A stretch of DNA of 43,575 nt from Holophagaceae bacterium (lineage in GTDB: Bacteria > Acidobacteriota > Holophagae > Holophagales > Holophagaceae), in contig DASVZU010000338.1 in the NCBI GenBank assembly GCA_036391515.1, forward strand, positions 1 through 43,575, in the 5' to 3' direction. The stretch's first letter is position 1. Each line of letters starts with the position of its first letter. Of this stretch, positions 1 to 10,250 are shown one piece after another. The notes below the pieces were generated by a model. The model made no database searches. It was not told the origin of the DNA and saw only the letters and a list, made by a program, of their open reading frames with translations. The translations under genes were made by a program, and so were the position numbers.

Positions 1-104
1 GCTTCCAACCCCAGCAGACGGCCCCACAGCCGCTCCCGGGGAGCGTTCAGCACGACCACGACGAGATCGCCGGGCGTGAAGGGCAGGTGCAGCGGCATGG
101 GCAT
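1..104 (-). CDS. Hypothetical protein, N-terminal fragment (runs off the window start)
   Basis: Minus strand reads M(PM)PLHLPFTPGDLVVVVLNAPRERLWGRLLGLE with no stop; purine-rich GGAGA/GAGG upstream; directly follows the ALDH gene in the same orientation. Start could be 104 or 98. Confidence 0.6.
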   Translation of the reverse strand, partial: MPMPLHLPFTPGDLVVVVLNAPRERLWGRLLGLE

Positions 105-123
105 CCTCGGCAGGTCTCCAATC

Positions 124-1455
124 TTACAGGGCGGGCCCCTCGACGATCAGTCGTCCTTCCGTGAAGGCCTCCATGGCCCAGCGCGGACCCTCGAAGGCGT
201 TGCCGCTGGAGGCCACGCCCCCGAAGGGCGCCGCGTCCAGGCGGAAAGTGGGAGGAAGGTTCAGCAGGACGCCACCGGCCCTCAGCCGGTCCTCGGCCAG
301 CCTGAGGTTCCCGAGATCCCGGCTGTAGGCGCTGGCCCGGAGGCCGAAACGCGTGGCCGCCGCCCGGTCGAGACCCTCGGAGAAGGAATCCACCGGCGTG
401 AGCACGGTGATGGGCGCGAACACCTCCTCGCACACGAAGGGATCCTCCTCCGGCACAGCCGTGAGGATGGCCGGCGGCAGCAGGGCCCCCTGGCGTCGCC
501 CTCGCAGGAGCATCGTGGCGCCGGCCGCCGCGGCGCGGTCCAGCCCCTCGTCCACCCGCAGGGCCGTGGCCTCGTCAATGAGGGGACCCACCACCGTGGC
601 AGGGTCCATGGGATCGCCCACGGGCAGGGCCTTCACGGCCGCCACGAAAGCGGGCACGAAGGCCTCCCAGAGCCCCCGGTGGACGTAGAACCGCTGGGCC
701 TTGGAGCAGCTCTGGCCCGCTCCGGCCACAGCGGCTGGGGCCAGGGCCCGCGCCACCGCCCCGGCGTCGACGCCCTCGTCCACCACCACGGCCGCGTTGC
801 CACCCAGCTCTAGGATGACCCGCTTGCCGGCCAGCAGGCGCTCCAGGTGATGGCCCACCCGCTCGGACCCCGTGAAGCTCACCGCGGCGATGCGGGGATC
901 CTGGGCGAGGAGCTGCGCCTCCGCCGGGTCCGCCGGCGCCAGCTGGAGCAGGCGAAGGGGGGCGCAAGCCTGGATCCGGGCCGCCTCGAAGCTCTCCCAC
1001 AGCAGCCGGGAAGTCCGGGGGGCCTGCGGGCAGGGCTTCCAGAGGACGCTGCACCCGGCACCCAGGGCCGGACCCAGCTTGTGCAGGGCCAGGTTCACCG
1101 GGAAATTGAACGGGGTGATCGCCAGGACGGGCCCCACCGGAAACCGCCGGAGCACCGCCCGGCAGCCCTCGGCCCCAGCCATGAGGTCGTAGGGCACCGC
1201 CTCCTCGCCGAAGGTGCCCAGGGCCTCCACGGTGGCCAGGAGGGTGCTTTCTCCCCGGGCGATCTCGCCTTTGGCCAGGGTGATGGGCTTCCCCGTCTCC
1301 TGCGTGAGGAGGCGGGCGAGTTCGTCCTTCACCAGGCCCACCTGCTCGAGCCAGGCCTGCAGCAGCCTTCGCCGCGCCAGCCTGGAAGCCCCCTTCCAGG
1401 CCAGGAAGGCCTTCATGGCCTCTTCCACCATCCCGTCCAGCGCCTTGGAAGCCAT
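124..1455 (-). CDS. Aldehyde dehydrogenase family protein
   Basis: ITPFNFP, WKP, FTGS, catalytic ELGGN and GQSC, EEVFAP, PFGGVASSG motifs; somewhat short N-terminus (443 aa). Confidence 0.93.
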   Translation of the reverse strand: MASKALDGMVEEAMKAFLAWKGASRLARRRLLQAWLEQVGLVKDELARLLTQETGKPITLAKGEIARGESTLLATVEALGTFGEEAVPYDLMAGAEGCRAVLRRFPVGPVLAITPFNFPVNLALHKLGPALGAGCSVLWKPCPQAPRTSRLLWESFEAARIQACAPLRLLQLAPADPAEAQLLAQDPRIAAVSFTGSERVGHHLERLLAGKRVILELGGNAAVVVDEGVDAGAVARALAPAAVAGAGQSCSKAQRFYVHRGLWEAFVPAFVAAVKALPVGDPMDPATVVGPLIDEATALRVDEGLDRAAAAGATMLLRGRRQGALLPPAILTAVPEEDPFVCEEVFAPITVLTPVDSFSEGLDRAAATRFGLRASAYSRDLGNLRLAEDRLRAGGVLLNLPPTFRLDAAPFGGVASSGNAFEGPRWAMEAFTEGRLIVEGPAL

Positions 1456-1486
1456 GCCGCCATCCCCTAAGACAACATCCGGATCA

Positions 1487-1846
1487 TTAAACCAGGGGCG
1501 CCACCGTCGCCAGCAGATCCTGTTCGCTGAGGGGCTTGTGCAGGATGCGGTTGACTTCCTGCTTGCGCAGGGCCTCCAGCACCGCCGGGTCCCGCAGGGC
1601 CGTGACCACGATGATGGGGAGGCCGGGCTTGGCCCGGCGTGCCAGCCGGGCGAGCGTCAGCCCATTGCAGCCGGGCATCTGGTAGTCGGTGAGGAGGAGG
1701 TCCGGAGCGGCCTCAGCCAGCCGGTCGGCCACTTCCGTGGCGCTCACCTCCGCCCACTCGACCACCTCATGTCCACCGCCCTCCAGGAACTGGCGCAGGA
1801 TATGGCGCATCAGCCTGCTGTCATCCACCACAAGGATCCTGGCCAT
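1487..1846 (-). CDS. Single-domain response regulator (REC)
   Basis: MARILVVDDS...LTDYQMPG...VTA...HKP; ATG at 1846 preceded by GAAGGGGG. Confidence 0.92.
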   Translation of the reverse strand: MARILVVDDSRLMRHILRQFLEGGGHEVVEWAEVSATEVADRLAEAAPDLLLTDYQMPGCNGLTLARLARRAKPGLPIIVVTALRDPAVLEALRKQEVNRILHKPLSEQDLLATVAPLV

Positions 1847-1927
1847 GGCCCCCCCTTCCGATCTGTTCCATCTCTCGGGCGGCTGGTGCCGCGCCAGCAT
1901 GGCCTGTCCCCTCCCCTTGCGGACCGG

Positions 1928-4900
1928 TCATGGCTTGTCCCCCTCCATGACCTGCTGGCGAAGGTCCTTCAGCTTGCTCCCGAGCTCCCGCATGCTGAAG
2001 GGCTTCTGGATGCTGGCCACGTTCCGATGCCCCGCGATCAGGGGGGCGATGTCTTCGTCGCTGTACCCCGTGGCCATGAGGACGGGCAGGCCCGGTCGGA
2101 GCGCGAGGATGCGCGGCAGGGCCTCCGCCCCGTTCATCCCCGGCATGTTCATGTCCAGGATCGCCAGGTCCACAACCTGTCCGTCGGCCAGGAGGTCCAG
2201 GGCCGGCTGCCCGCCGGTGGCCGTGACCACCGAATGGCCAAGGATTTCCAGCACCGAGGCGACCGACTCCCTGATCAGTTCGTCGTCGTCCACCAGCAGG
2301 ATCCGCAGCGAGATCTGGGCACCGGCCGCCGGCGCGGTGGCCGCCTCTCCGCAGGTCTCGGCAGGTTCCACACGGGACGCGGGGAATCGCAGGATGGCCT
2401 CGGTCCCCTTCCCCGGCTCGCTCCGCAGCTCGAAGCCGCCCTCGTGGGCCTGCATGGTCCCGTAGACCATGGGCAACCCCAGGCCGGTGCCTTTGCCCTT
2501 GGGCTTGGTGGTGAAGAAGGGTTCCACGGCCCGTTCCAGCACCTCCGGGCTCATCCCCTGCCCCGTGTCCGCCACTCGCACGAGAAGCCCGCCGTCCGGC
2601 CCGGCCGCCGTCTGGATGCGGAGGATCCCGCTCCCGGGCATGGCGTCGAGCGCGTTCACGCACAGGTTCATGAGGGCATGGCTGAGGGCGCCGGCATCGC
2701 CGCGCAGACGGCCCAGGGGCTCCTGGAGGTCCATCTCCAGCCGGATCCGCTTCAGCGTCGTGTAGCTCAGGAGCTGGGTCATCTCCTTCACGAGGGCGTT
2801 GAGATCGATGCAGGCCTCCTCCTGCAGGTCCTTCCGGGCGAAGTAGAGGAGGCTCTTCACGACCCCGCGGCCCCGCAGGCAGGCGGTCTGGATGGTCTCC
2901 AGGGACCGGAACTCCGGGCTCCTGGGATCGGCCTTCTCCCGCAGGGTGGAGGCCAGGCTCAGGATGGCGCCCAGGACATTGTTCATGTCGTGCGCGACGC
3001 CTCCCGCCAGGCTGCCGAGGCTCTCCAGCTTCTGGGATTGGTGGAGCTGGGCCTCCAGGGTCCGGCGCTCGGCCTCCGCGCGCCGCTGGACCGTGATGTC
3101 CTCCTTGAGGGCCACGTAGTGGGTCACGGTGCCCGACGCATCCTTCACCGGGGCGATGGTGGCCCGCTCCTGGAAAGGCTCCCCGCCCTTCTTGAGGTTC
3201 TCGAACTCGCCCACCCAGACTTCGCCTCGGCCCAGGGTCTCCCACATCTGCCGGTGGACCTCAGGTGGGGTGGCCGGCGACTTCAAGATCCGCGGATTCT
3301 GTCCGATGGCCTCCTCGAAACGGTACCCGGTCGCCTGGGTGAACCTGGGGTTCACGTACTCGATGGTCCCCCCGGGGTCGGTGATGACAACCGACAGCGG
3401 GCTCTGCTCCACCGCCACGGAGACCTTGCGGAGGGTGCTCTCCGCCTCCAGGCGCCGGGCCTCGCCGGACAGGTGGTCCAGGGCGAAGGAGACATCCCCA
3501 GCGGCTTCCTCCAGCAGCGCCACTTCGTGATCCCCGAAGAAAAACCGCTCGGAGGCGTAGACCATCAGGGCCCCGCAGACCTGCCCCTCCAGCCGGATGG
3601 GGAAGGCGGCGGAGGCGGCGAAGCCCGCCCGCCTCGCGTCCTCGTGCCAGGGCTCGGCCTCGCTGTTGGCGAGGAAGTCGTTCACCACGCAGGGCCGCGC
3701 CTCCCTGATGGCGATGCCCGTGGGTCCCCGGCCCATGGGCGTGTCGTCGCTGCGCACCCTGAGTCCGTCCAGGTAGCGCAGCGCGTCCCCATGGCGGGCG
3801 GCCACCCGGACCTCATGGGTGGCTGGATCGTTCCAGCCGATCCAGGCCATGCTGAATTTGCCGAACTCGACCATCACCTCGCAGATCTTCGCCAGCAGAG
3901 CATCCCGGTCAGGCGACCAGACGATGGCCTGGTTGACCTGGCTGAGGGCGGCATACATCCGTGTCAGCCGCTCCAGTTGCCGGGCCTGGGCCCGAAGCTC
4001 CGTGATGTCGCGGGTGATGGAGAGCACGCACGGCTCCCCGTCAATCTCGATGAGGCTGGCAGACATCAATCCGGTGAGGACGCTCCCGTCCTTCCTGCGG
4101 AAGGATGCCTCCATGCTCACGACTCGTCCCTCGCGCTGAAGACCCGCCCGCAGGCGATCCCGGTCCTCCGTCCGCACCCACAGTCCCAGGTCGCCCGGGA
4201 GGGAGGAGCGTCCGAGGACGTCCGCTTCGGCATAGCCCGTGATCCGCGTGAAGCCCTCATTCACCGCCAGGTAGATGCCATCGGAAAGGCGGTTGATGTT
4301 CACGCTGTCGGGACTGGCATGGAAGGCCTTGGAGAACTTCTCTTCCGAGGCGCGCAGGGCCTCCTCGGCGTGCTTCCGGTCCGTGATGTCCTGGATGACG
4401 CCTGTGAGCGCGAGGGGACGTCCCTCTCCATCCCACTGGATCTCCCCGGTCCCATGGAGCCAGCGATGAGCGCCGTCCGCCACCCGGATGATGGGGTAGT
4501 CCAGGTCGAACCGCTCCCGGCGCTCGATGATGCCGGCGACGTACTCCCTCATCCGCTCGCGGAAGGCGGGGGCGATGAGGCTGGTCCAGCCTTCCAGGTC
4601 CCGGGGATATCCGTCGTCGATTCCGAAGATCCGGTCGAGGTAGGGGCTGCCCTTCCATCGATCCCCCTGGATGTCCCAGACGTAGGTCCCGATGCCTCCC
4701 GCCTCCTGTGCCGCCTGCAGAAACCGCTCGCTGTCCTGCAGGGCCACCTCCGCCTCCCGGCGCTGTTCCTCCCCCGCCATGTGGTCCAGGGCGAAGGAGA
4801 TGTCCATGGCGGCCTCCTCGAGGAGCGCGGCCTCGTGGACGCCGAAGAAGTCCTTCTCGGAGGCGTAGACCGCCAGGGCTCCGCGGACCTCCCCCGCCTG

Positions 4901-7339
4901 CCGGATGGGGAAGGCCGCGATCGAGGCGAACCCTGAGGCCAGGAGTTCCTCCCGCCAGGGGGAAGATTCCGGTCCGGCCAGGAAATCGTTGATCACACAG
5001 GGGCAGGCCTCCCGGATGGCCGTCCCCATGGCCCCGTGCCCCTCGGGCGAGTCGTCGCTGCGCACCACGACACGGTCGAGCATGCCGCGGATATCGCCAT
5101 GCCGCGCGGCCACCACCACGCGCCGGGTCACCGGATCGTCCCAGCCGATCCAGGCCATGGAGAACTTGCCGAATGCCACCATCACTTCGCAGATCTTGTC
5201 GAGCAGAAGCTCCCGACTGGGGGACCAGACGATGGCCTGGTTCACCTGGCTGAGGGCGGCGTAGAGCCGGGTCATCCGCTGGAGTTCCCGCTCCTGGGCC
5301 CGGCGTTCGGTGATATCCCGGATGAAGCTTAGGATGGCTGCCTTGCCGCCGACCTGGACCTTCCGGGTGCTCACCTCCACTGGGAAAGTGGTTCCGTTGG
5401 CCCGCAGGTGTTCGGTTTCGAAACGCAGGGAGGCCCCGGTCATGACCCGGTCGTACTGCCCCGGGATGTCCTCCCGCGTCTCGGGTGCCCTGAGATCCCG
5501 GATGGTCATCGCCCGGAGGGATTCGAGGGGATGGCCGTATTGGGCCACCGCCTGGGCGTTGGCTTCGAGGATCCGGCCCTCCAGGTCGAGCACCAGGATG
5601 ATGTCGCTGGCCTGGTCCATCAGGTGCGCATAGCGGTCCGAGAGGATCCGTTTCTCCCGTTCGAGGTCCAGGCGGGCCTTGATCTGGTCCGCGTCGAGAT
5701 GGCGCACGACCAGCCCCGCCAGCAGGGCCACCAGGACCAGGAGGCCCAGGAGGCCGCCTTCCACGGCCCACATCCGGTGCCGGGCGGGCCCGTAGACCTC
5801 AGCCTCGTCCACCTTGGCGACCAGGAACCAGGGGGTTCCCGCCACCCTGCGCAGGGTCGCCAGCACGGGCTCGCCGCGATAGTCCCGGCCTTCGAAGGGC
5901 CCCTCCCTGCCCGCCACGGCCTGGGCCGCGGGCAGGTCGGGGTGCGTCTTCAGGGGCAGCTTCAACGCCAGCGCGGGGTGGGTCTGGTGGCGCAAATCAT
6001 TCAGGAAGACCACCGCGTCCCCTTCCCCCCTCACCAGGAGGGTCTCTGCACTGGGACTCGGACCCGGCCAGGCCTGCACCAGGGGAAAGAGGTAGCGGGC
6101 CGGGTCCACCATGAGCAGGATCAGGCCTTCGGCCGGGCCCCCTTCTGTGGGCCTGGGGCGGATCGGAACCCATAGGCTCATGTGAATGGGTGAGCCCTCG
6201 GGATCGCGGTGCAGATCCTGCATCAGGACGGCGTGCGACTGCAGGGCCTCCCGGATCCGGGCTGCATCGAACCAGCCTGGGCTGAAATCCCCCGGCGACG
6301 GTATGGCCGGATCCGGGGGCACACTCAGGCGGGTCCTTCCCTGGGCATCGAACAGGACGAGCCGCTGGTAGCCGGCACCTCGGAGGTTCTCCATCCAGCC
6401 GCGGATCTGGGCTTCCGGCGCCGCCCCGGGGGCTCCGGCCAGGAACCTTCCCACCTGCGTCTGGATCAGTCCGCTGTGGAGGATCTGCTCGCCATCGGCG
6501 CGCCGCTCCTGGTACCAGTCCTCGATCTGCCGGGCCTTCAGATCCGCGACGGCAGCCAGCTCCCGCTGGGTCCCCTCCTGGGCCGACCGGATTTGTCCCC
6601 GGAGGTAGAGGGATCCGGCTCCGAGGATGCCGATGCCCAGGAGCAGAAAGAGGCCCAGGGGCCCCTGGGCGAACCAGCGCGCCTCGAATCCTTCATCCTC
6701 AGGGTGGGTCATCCGGAACAGGGCCAGGGGCCAGGTGTCGGGGCCTGCCGTCAGCAGAAGGGCCAGTCCCAGTGCCAGCGCGCCCAGACCGGCAGGCAGG
6801 GACAGCGGCATCCGCTGGGCTCCATAGAGGAGCGGCATGCCGCTCCAGAAGCCCATGAGGCCGAGGATGCCAGCCCCCATGGGTGCGAGCGCCAGCAGGG
6901 CCGAGGCCTGCCGAGCCGGCCAGGAGGGTCGAGCCAGGCCCCATCGGAAGAGAATCGAGAGCGCGGCCCCCAGGAGCGCCACCGCCGCAGGGACCGAGAT
7001 CCCCTGCACCAGCCCTCCGGAGAGGGGCCCGATCCCGGCCGGGGGCCCTGACGCCTTCGCGAGAGCCAGCAGGGAGACCAGCGCCGCCAGGAAGGCCAGG
7101 CCCGCCAGGGACACCGCGGCCCACCGGAGGAGCGGTCGCGCGCCGCTGAACAAGGCTGACAGCAACGCGCCGCTGAGCATGAGGATGAGGGCCGCCGACA
7201 GGGGCGAGACCGTCGCCTCCACCAGGCCTGTCCGTCCGCCCCTCATCAGCGCCGAGAGGGCCATTACCCCCGTCGCCGAGGCAAGCACAAGGGCCGTGCG
7301 CCGCATCGTGATCAGCGGAAGGGCCGAACCAGGGGGCAT
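1928..7339 (-). CDS. Membrane-bound hybrid sensor histidine kinase (TM helices, Cache-like periplasmic region, PAS-GAF-PAS-PAS-GAF-PAS, HisKA, HATPase, REC)
   Basis: H-box LAGGVAHDMNN, N-box NLCVNALDAM, DTGQGM, PFFTTKPKGKGTGLGL, C-terminal REC (LLVDDD/DMNMP/KPF); several DIT(E/D)R PAS ends; two GAF repeats. Start chosen at MPPGS (GGAG 6 nt upstream); the ORF is open to 7429. Confidence 0.93.
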   Translation of the reverse strand: MPPGSALPLITMRRTALVLASATGVMALSALMRGGRTGLVEATVSPLSAALILMLSGALLSALFSGARPLLRWAAVSLAGLAFLAALVSLLALAKASGPPAGIGPLSGGLVQGISVPAAVALLGAALSILFRWGLARPSWPARQASALLALAPMGAGILGLMGFWSGMPLLYGAQRMPLSLPAGLGALALGLALLLTAGPDTWPLALFRMTHPEDEGFEARWFAQGPLGLFLLLGIGILGAGSLYLRGQIRSAQEGTQRELAAVADLKARQIEDWYQERRADGEQILHSGLIQTQVGRFLAGAPGAAPEAQIRGWMENLRGAGYQRLVLFDAQGRTRLSVPPDPAIPSPGDFSPGWFDAARIREALQSHAVLMQDLHRDPEGSPIHMSLWVPIRPRPTEGGPAEGLILLMVDPARYLFPLVQAWPGPSPSAETLLVRGEGDAVVFLNDLRHQTHPALALKLPLKTHPDLPAAQAVAGREGPFEGRDYRGEPVLATLRRVAGTPWFLVAKVDEAEVYGPARHRMWAVEGGLLGLLVLVALLAGLVVRHLDADQIKARLDLEREKRILSDRYAHLMDQASDIILVLDLEGRILEANAQAVAQYGHPLESLRAMTIRDLRAPETREDIPGQYDRVMTGASLRFETEHLRANGTTFPVEVSTRKVQVGGKAAILSFIRDITERRAQERELQRMTRLYAALSQVNQAIVWSPSRELLLDKICEVMVAFGKFSMAWIGWDDPVTRRVVVAARHGDIRGMLDRVVVRSDDSPEGHGAMGTAIREACPCVINDFLAGPESSPWREELLASGFASIAAFPIRQAGEVRGALAVYASEKDFFGVHEAALLEEAAMDISFALDHMAGEEQRREAEVALQDSERFLQAAQEAGGIGTYVWDIQGDRWKGSPYLDRIFGIDDGYPRDLEGWTSLIAPAFRERMREYVAGIIERRERFDLDYPIIRVADGAHRWLHGTGEIQWDGEGRPLALTGVIQDITDRKHAEEALRASEEKFSKAFHASPDSVNINRLSDGIYLAVNEGFTRITGYAEADVLGRSSLPGDLGLWVRTEDRDRLRAGLQREGRVVSMEASFRRKDGSVLTGLMSASLIEIDGEPCVLSITRDITELRAQARQLERLTRMYAALSQVNQAIVWSPDRDALLAKICEVMVEFGKFSMAWIGWNDPATHEVRVAARHGDALRYLDGLRVRSDDTPMGRGPTGIAIREARPCVVNDFLANSEAEPWHEDARRAGFAASAAFPIRLEGQVCGALMVYASERFFFGDHEVALLEEAAGDVSFALDHLSGEARRLEAESTLRKVSVAVEQSPLSVVITDPGGTIEYVNPRFTQATGYRFEEAIGQNPRILKSPATPPEVHRQMWETLGRGEVWVGEFENLKKGGEPFQERATIAPVKDASGTVTHYVALKEDITVQRRAEAERRTLEAQLHQSQKLESLGSLAGGVAHDMNNVLGAILSLASTLREKADPRSPEFRSLETIQTACLRGRGVVKSLLYFARKDLQEEACIDLNALVKEMTQLLSYTTLKRIRLEMDLQEPLGRLRGDAGALSHALMNLCVNALDAMPGSGILRIQTAAGPDGGLLVRVADTGQGMSPEVLERAVEPFFTTKPKGKGTGLGLPMVYGTMQAHEGGFELRSEPGKGTEAILRFPASRVEPAETCGEAATAPAAGAQISLRILLVDDDELIRESVASVLEILGHSVVTATGGQPALDLLADGQVVDLAILDMNMPGMNGAEALPRILALRPGLPVLMATGYSDEDIAPLIAGHRNVASIQKPFSMRELGSKLKDLRQQVMEGDKP

Positions 7340-7489
7340 CCGGATCTCCAGGGGACGGACAGGTGGCCACCCCTGGGGGGAGAGATGGCTCTGCCAGAGG
7401 TTAGATTCGTTATTCCACCCACGCATCATGAATTTCGGATACAGCAGGCCACCAGACCTAATTAGCTTTTACGACAGTCGCTTAATGCC

Positions 7490-7505
7490 TATGACGAAGA
7501 TCACA
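7490..7505. promoter_or_regulatory. CRP/FNR-family-like operator (TATGA-N6-TCACA)
   Basis: One mismatch to TGTGA-N6-TCACA, inside the AT-rich divergent intergenic region between the kinase and the che operon. Confidence 0.45.
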
Positions 7506-7522
7506 TAGGAATCATCAATCAT

Positions 7523-7549
7523 TCAGAATACTGATCCGGCGCCCGATGG
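7523..7549 (+). promoter_or_regulatory. Possible sigma28-type promoter for the che operon
   Basis: TCAG-N15-CCCGATGG versus consensus TAAA-N15-GCCGATAA; partial match only. Confidence 0.3.
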
Positions 7550-7655
7550 GTTTCCGTCACCCGCCCTGGGATGGACCGCCTTTATCCAAAACCTCGCTAT
7601 CGCCGAGCTGCCCGTATCCGCCGTGCCTTCGCCCACTGCCTCACTGGAGGAAGCC

Positions 7656-9389
7656 ATGCTCATGAACCTCAAGATCGGAACCCGGCTCGCCCTGGGCTTC
7701 GGAATCATCCTGGCCCTGCTACTCCTGGTCGCCGGCATCGGCATGGACCGGATGGGGGCCATCGAATCCAACACCGAGCGGATCGTCACCCACTACAACA
7801 CTCAGGCGACGCTGGCCCGGGACATGTCCGACCAGGTCCAGACCGTCTCGCGGATGCTCCGGACGCTACTCCTGCTGGAAAGCCAGGCGGAAAAGCGGGC
7901 CAATGCGGAGGGGATCGCCAAGGCGCGCGAGGCCTACGATGAGGCGTCCAAGAAGCTGGAATCCATCCTCGCCTCCCAGGACTCGAGAGCCCTCTTCGCG
8001 GAGATCGAGGCCAGCAAGGCGAAAGCTCGCGGAGTCAACAACCAGGTGATCGAGCTGGCCCTGGCGGGCAAGAACCAGGAATCCGTGAAATTGATGATGG
8101 GAGAAGCCCGCGGGGCCGTGCAGGCCTGGCAAGGCAATCTCGCCAAGGCCGTGAAGTACTTCAACCAGCGCATGAGTGAGAAGTACGCCGAGGCCCAGGC
8201 GGCCTATCACTCCGCGGTGATGCTCATGGTCTCTGGAACGATCCTGGCCCTGGTCCTGGGCGCTGTGATGGCCGTCCTCACCACCCGGAGCATCACCCAT
8301 CCCCTGGCCGCCGTAGGCGAGGTCATCCAGACCGTGGCCCAGGGGGACCTCACCCAGCGGGTGGAGATCCACTCCAAGGATGAGCTGGGCGAGCTGGGCC
8401 GCATCCTCAACGAGACGAACGAGGGGCTGCGGGAGATGGTGCTCCAGATCCAGGAGAGCGCCCAGGCGATCTCCACGGCCTCCGGCGAGATCTCCACGGG
8501 CAACCAGGACCTGAGCCGGCGCACGGAGGAGCAGGCCGCCAGCCTGGAGGAGACGGCCAGCAGCATGGAGCAGATCACCTCCAACGTGAACCAGACCGCC
8601 GACAACGCGCGGTCGGCCAACCAGGAGGCCGGCAAGGCGCGCAAGGTGGCCCAAGAGGGCGGCGAGGCCGTCACCCAGGTCATCTCCGCCATGGAGGCCA
8701 TCAACCAGTCTTCGGCCAAGATCAACGAGATCATCGGCGTGGTGGACGAGATCGCCTTCCAGACCAACCTGCTGGCCCTGAATGCGGCCGTGGAGGCGGC
8801 CCGGGCCGGCGAGCAGGGCCGGGGCTTCGCCGTGGTGGCCGCCGAGGTCCGCAACCTGGCCAAGCGCAGCGCCGACGCCGCCAAGGAGATCAAGATCCTC
8901 ATCCGGGAGAGCGTGGGCAAGTCCCAGGACGGGACCAAGGTGGCGGCCCATGCTGGCGAGACCATCCAGGAGGTGGTGTCCAACGTGCAGCGGGTGACCA
9001 GCCTGGTGGGCGAGATCGCCGGAGCCACCCAGGAGCAGAGCACGGGGCTGAACGAGATCAACAAGGCCGTGGTCCAGATGGACGAGGTCACCCAGCAGAA
9101 CGCAGCCCTGGTGGAGGAGGCCGCGGCCGCCGCCGAATCCCTGGATGCGCAGGCCCATGCCCTGACGGAGATCGTGGCCCGCTTCAAGACTGGGGTGGAA
9201 GTCCGCCGGGCCCAGCCGAGGGCCGCGCGGTCCGCGTCCCAGACCACGGTCCATGCCTCCCCCACCCCGAGGAAGGCAGCCCACGCCCCTGCCCTGAAGC
9301 GCCCAGCGACCCGCCCTGAACTGGCCGCGGCCAAGCAGCCCGTCCCCACCCCGAAGGATGATGACGACGGCCAGTGGGAAGCCTTCTAG
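7656..9389 (+). CDS. Transmembrane methyl-accepting chemotaxis protein (4HB sensor, HAMP, signalling domain, C-terminal pentapeptide QWEAF)
   Basis: [15 protein letters not shown]-terminus, two TM segments, [34 protein letters not shown] hairpin, [13 protein letters not shown]; GGAGG RBS. Confidence 0.96.
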   Translation: MLMNLKIGTRLALGFGIILALLLLVAGIGMDRMGAIESNTERIVTHYNTQATLARDMSDQVQTVSRMLRTLLLLESQAEKRANAEGIAKAREAYDEASKKLESILASQDSRALFAEIEASKAKARGVNNQVIELALAGKNQESVKLMMGEARGAVQAWQGNLAKAVKYFNQRMSEKYAEAQAAYHSAVMLMVSGTILALVLGAVMAVLTTRSITHPLAAVGEVIQTVAQGDLTQRVEIHSKDELGELGRILNETNEGLREMVLQIQESAQAISTASGEISTGNQDLSRRTEEQAASLEETASSMEQITSNVNQTADNARSANQEAGKARKVAQEGGEAVTQVISAMEAINQSSAKINEIIGVVDEIAFQTNLLALNAAVEAARAGEQGRGFAVVAAEVRNLAKRSADAAKEIKILIRESVGKSQDGTKVAAHAGETIQEVVSNVQRVTSLVGEIAGATQEQSTGLNEINKAVVQMDEVTQQNAALVEEAAAAAESLDAQAHALTEIVARFKTGVEVRRAQPRAARSASQTTVHASPTPRKAAHAPALKRPATRPELAAAKQPVPTPKDDDDGQWEAF

Positions 9390-9429
9390 ACCCCGCCCCG
9401 CGCCCCGCCGGTCCCAGGAGGAGGATGAG

Positions 9430-9945
9430 ATGGCCAGTCCCCAAACCAGCGCCCAGAGCATGCATCAGGTCCTCTGTTTCGCCCTCGCGGGCGAGGCCTA
9501 CGGCATCCCCATCCTGAAGGTGCGGGAGATCCAGGCCGAGGCCGTCATCACCCGCATCCCCAAGGCCCCGCCCTACATGCCAGGGGTGATCAACCTCCGC
9601 GGGGCCATCGTGCCCATCCTGGAGCTGCGGCAACGGTTCTCCCTCGGGCCCGCTCCCGAGGACACCCGGCCGGTCATCGTCATCGTGGAAGTCCAGGGTC
9701 GGACCCTCGGGATCCGCGTGGACGCGGTGTCCGACGTGCTCGACCTCGACCCGGCCGCCATCAAGCCACCGCCGGAACTGGGCGCCCAGACCCAGCTTGG
9801 CCGGGAATTCATCGCCGGCCTGGCCTCGCAACCTGGCGCGCCCGGGCCCTCGGACCAGGAGGCCGGCGCCATGCTGATCCTGCTGGACCTGGATCGGCTC
9901 CTTTCGGATGGGGAGCTGCTCTCCATCGACTCGGCCACGGCCTGA
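9430..9945 (+). CDS. cheW: Chemotaxis coupling protein CheW
   Basis: YGIPILKVREI, ITRIPKAP, GVINLRGAIVPILEL, GIRVDAVSDV; AGGAGGAGG RBS. Confidence 0.95.
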   Translation: MASPQTSAQSMHQVLCFALAGEAYGIPILKVREIQAEAVITRIPKAPPYMPGVINLRGAIVPILELRQRFSLGPAPEDTRPVIVIVEVQGRTLGIRVDAVSDVLDLDPAAIKPPPELGAQTQLGREFIAGLASQPGAPGPSDQEAGAMLILLDLDRLLSDGELLSIDSATA

Positions 9946-9950
9946 ACGCC

Positions 9951-10250
9951 ATGGCCAGGAAGCCCACCCCCTCCGCGACCACGCTCGCCATGCAAGGCGA
10001 CCTGGATGTGTTCTCCGTCCAGGCTCAATGGGAGGCCATCCGGGCCGCCCTCGTCTCGTCCGGGGATCCAGTCGTGCTGGACCTCTCCGCGGCGGGCGAT
10101 ATCGACCTGTCGGGCCTGCAGCTCCTGCTGGTCCTGGAGCGCCACCTCGCCAGCCGCGGGATCCGCCTGTCCGTGACCGGGGCGAAGACTGAGTGGGTGG
10201 ATCGCTTCCGACCACTCGGTCTGGCCGCCGTGATGGAGGGGCGCCCGTGA
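9951..10250 (+). CDS. STAS-domain protein (STAS_2/MlaB-like)
   Basis: LAMQGDL...VVLDLSAAGDIDLSGLQLL pattern; position inside the che operon. Confidence 0.85.
   Translation: MARKPTPSATTLAMQGDLDVFSVQAQWEAIRAALVSSGDPVVLDLSAAGDIDLSGLQLLLVLERHLASRGIRLSVTGAKTEWVDRFRPLGLAAVMEGRP

Noticed and set aside
1214-4936. 1240-aa plus-strand ORF
   Set aside because: Antisense shadow of the kinase, REC and ALDH genes in GC-rich DNA; no recognisable motifs.
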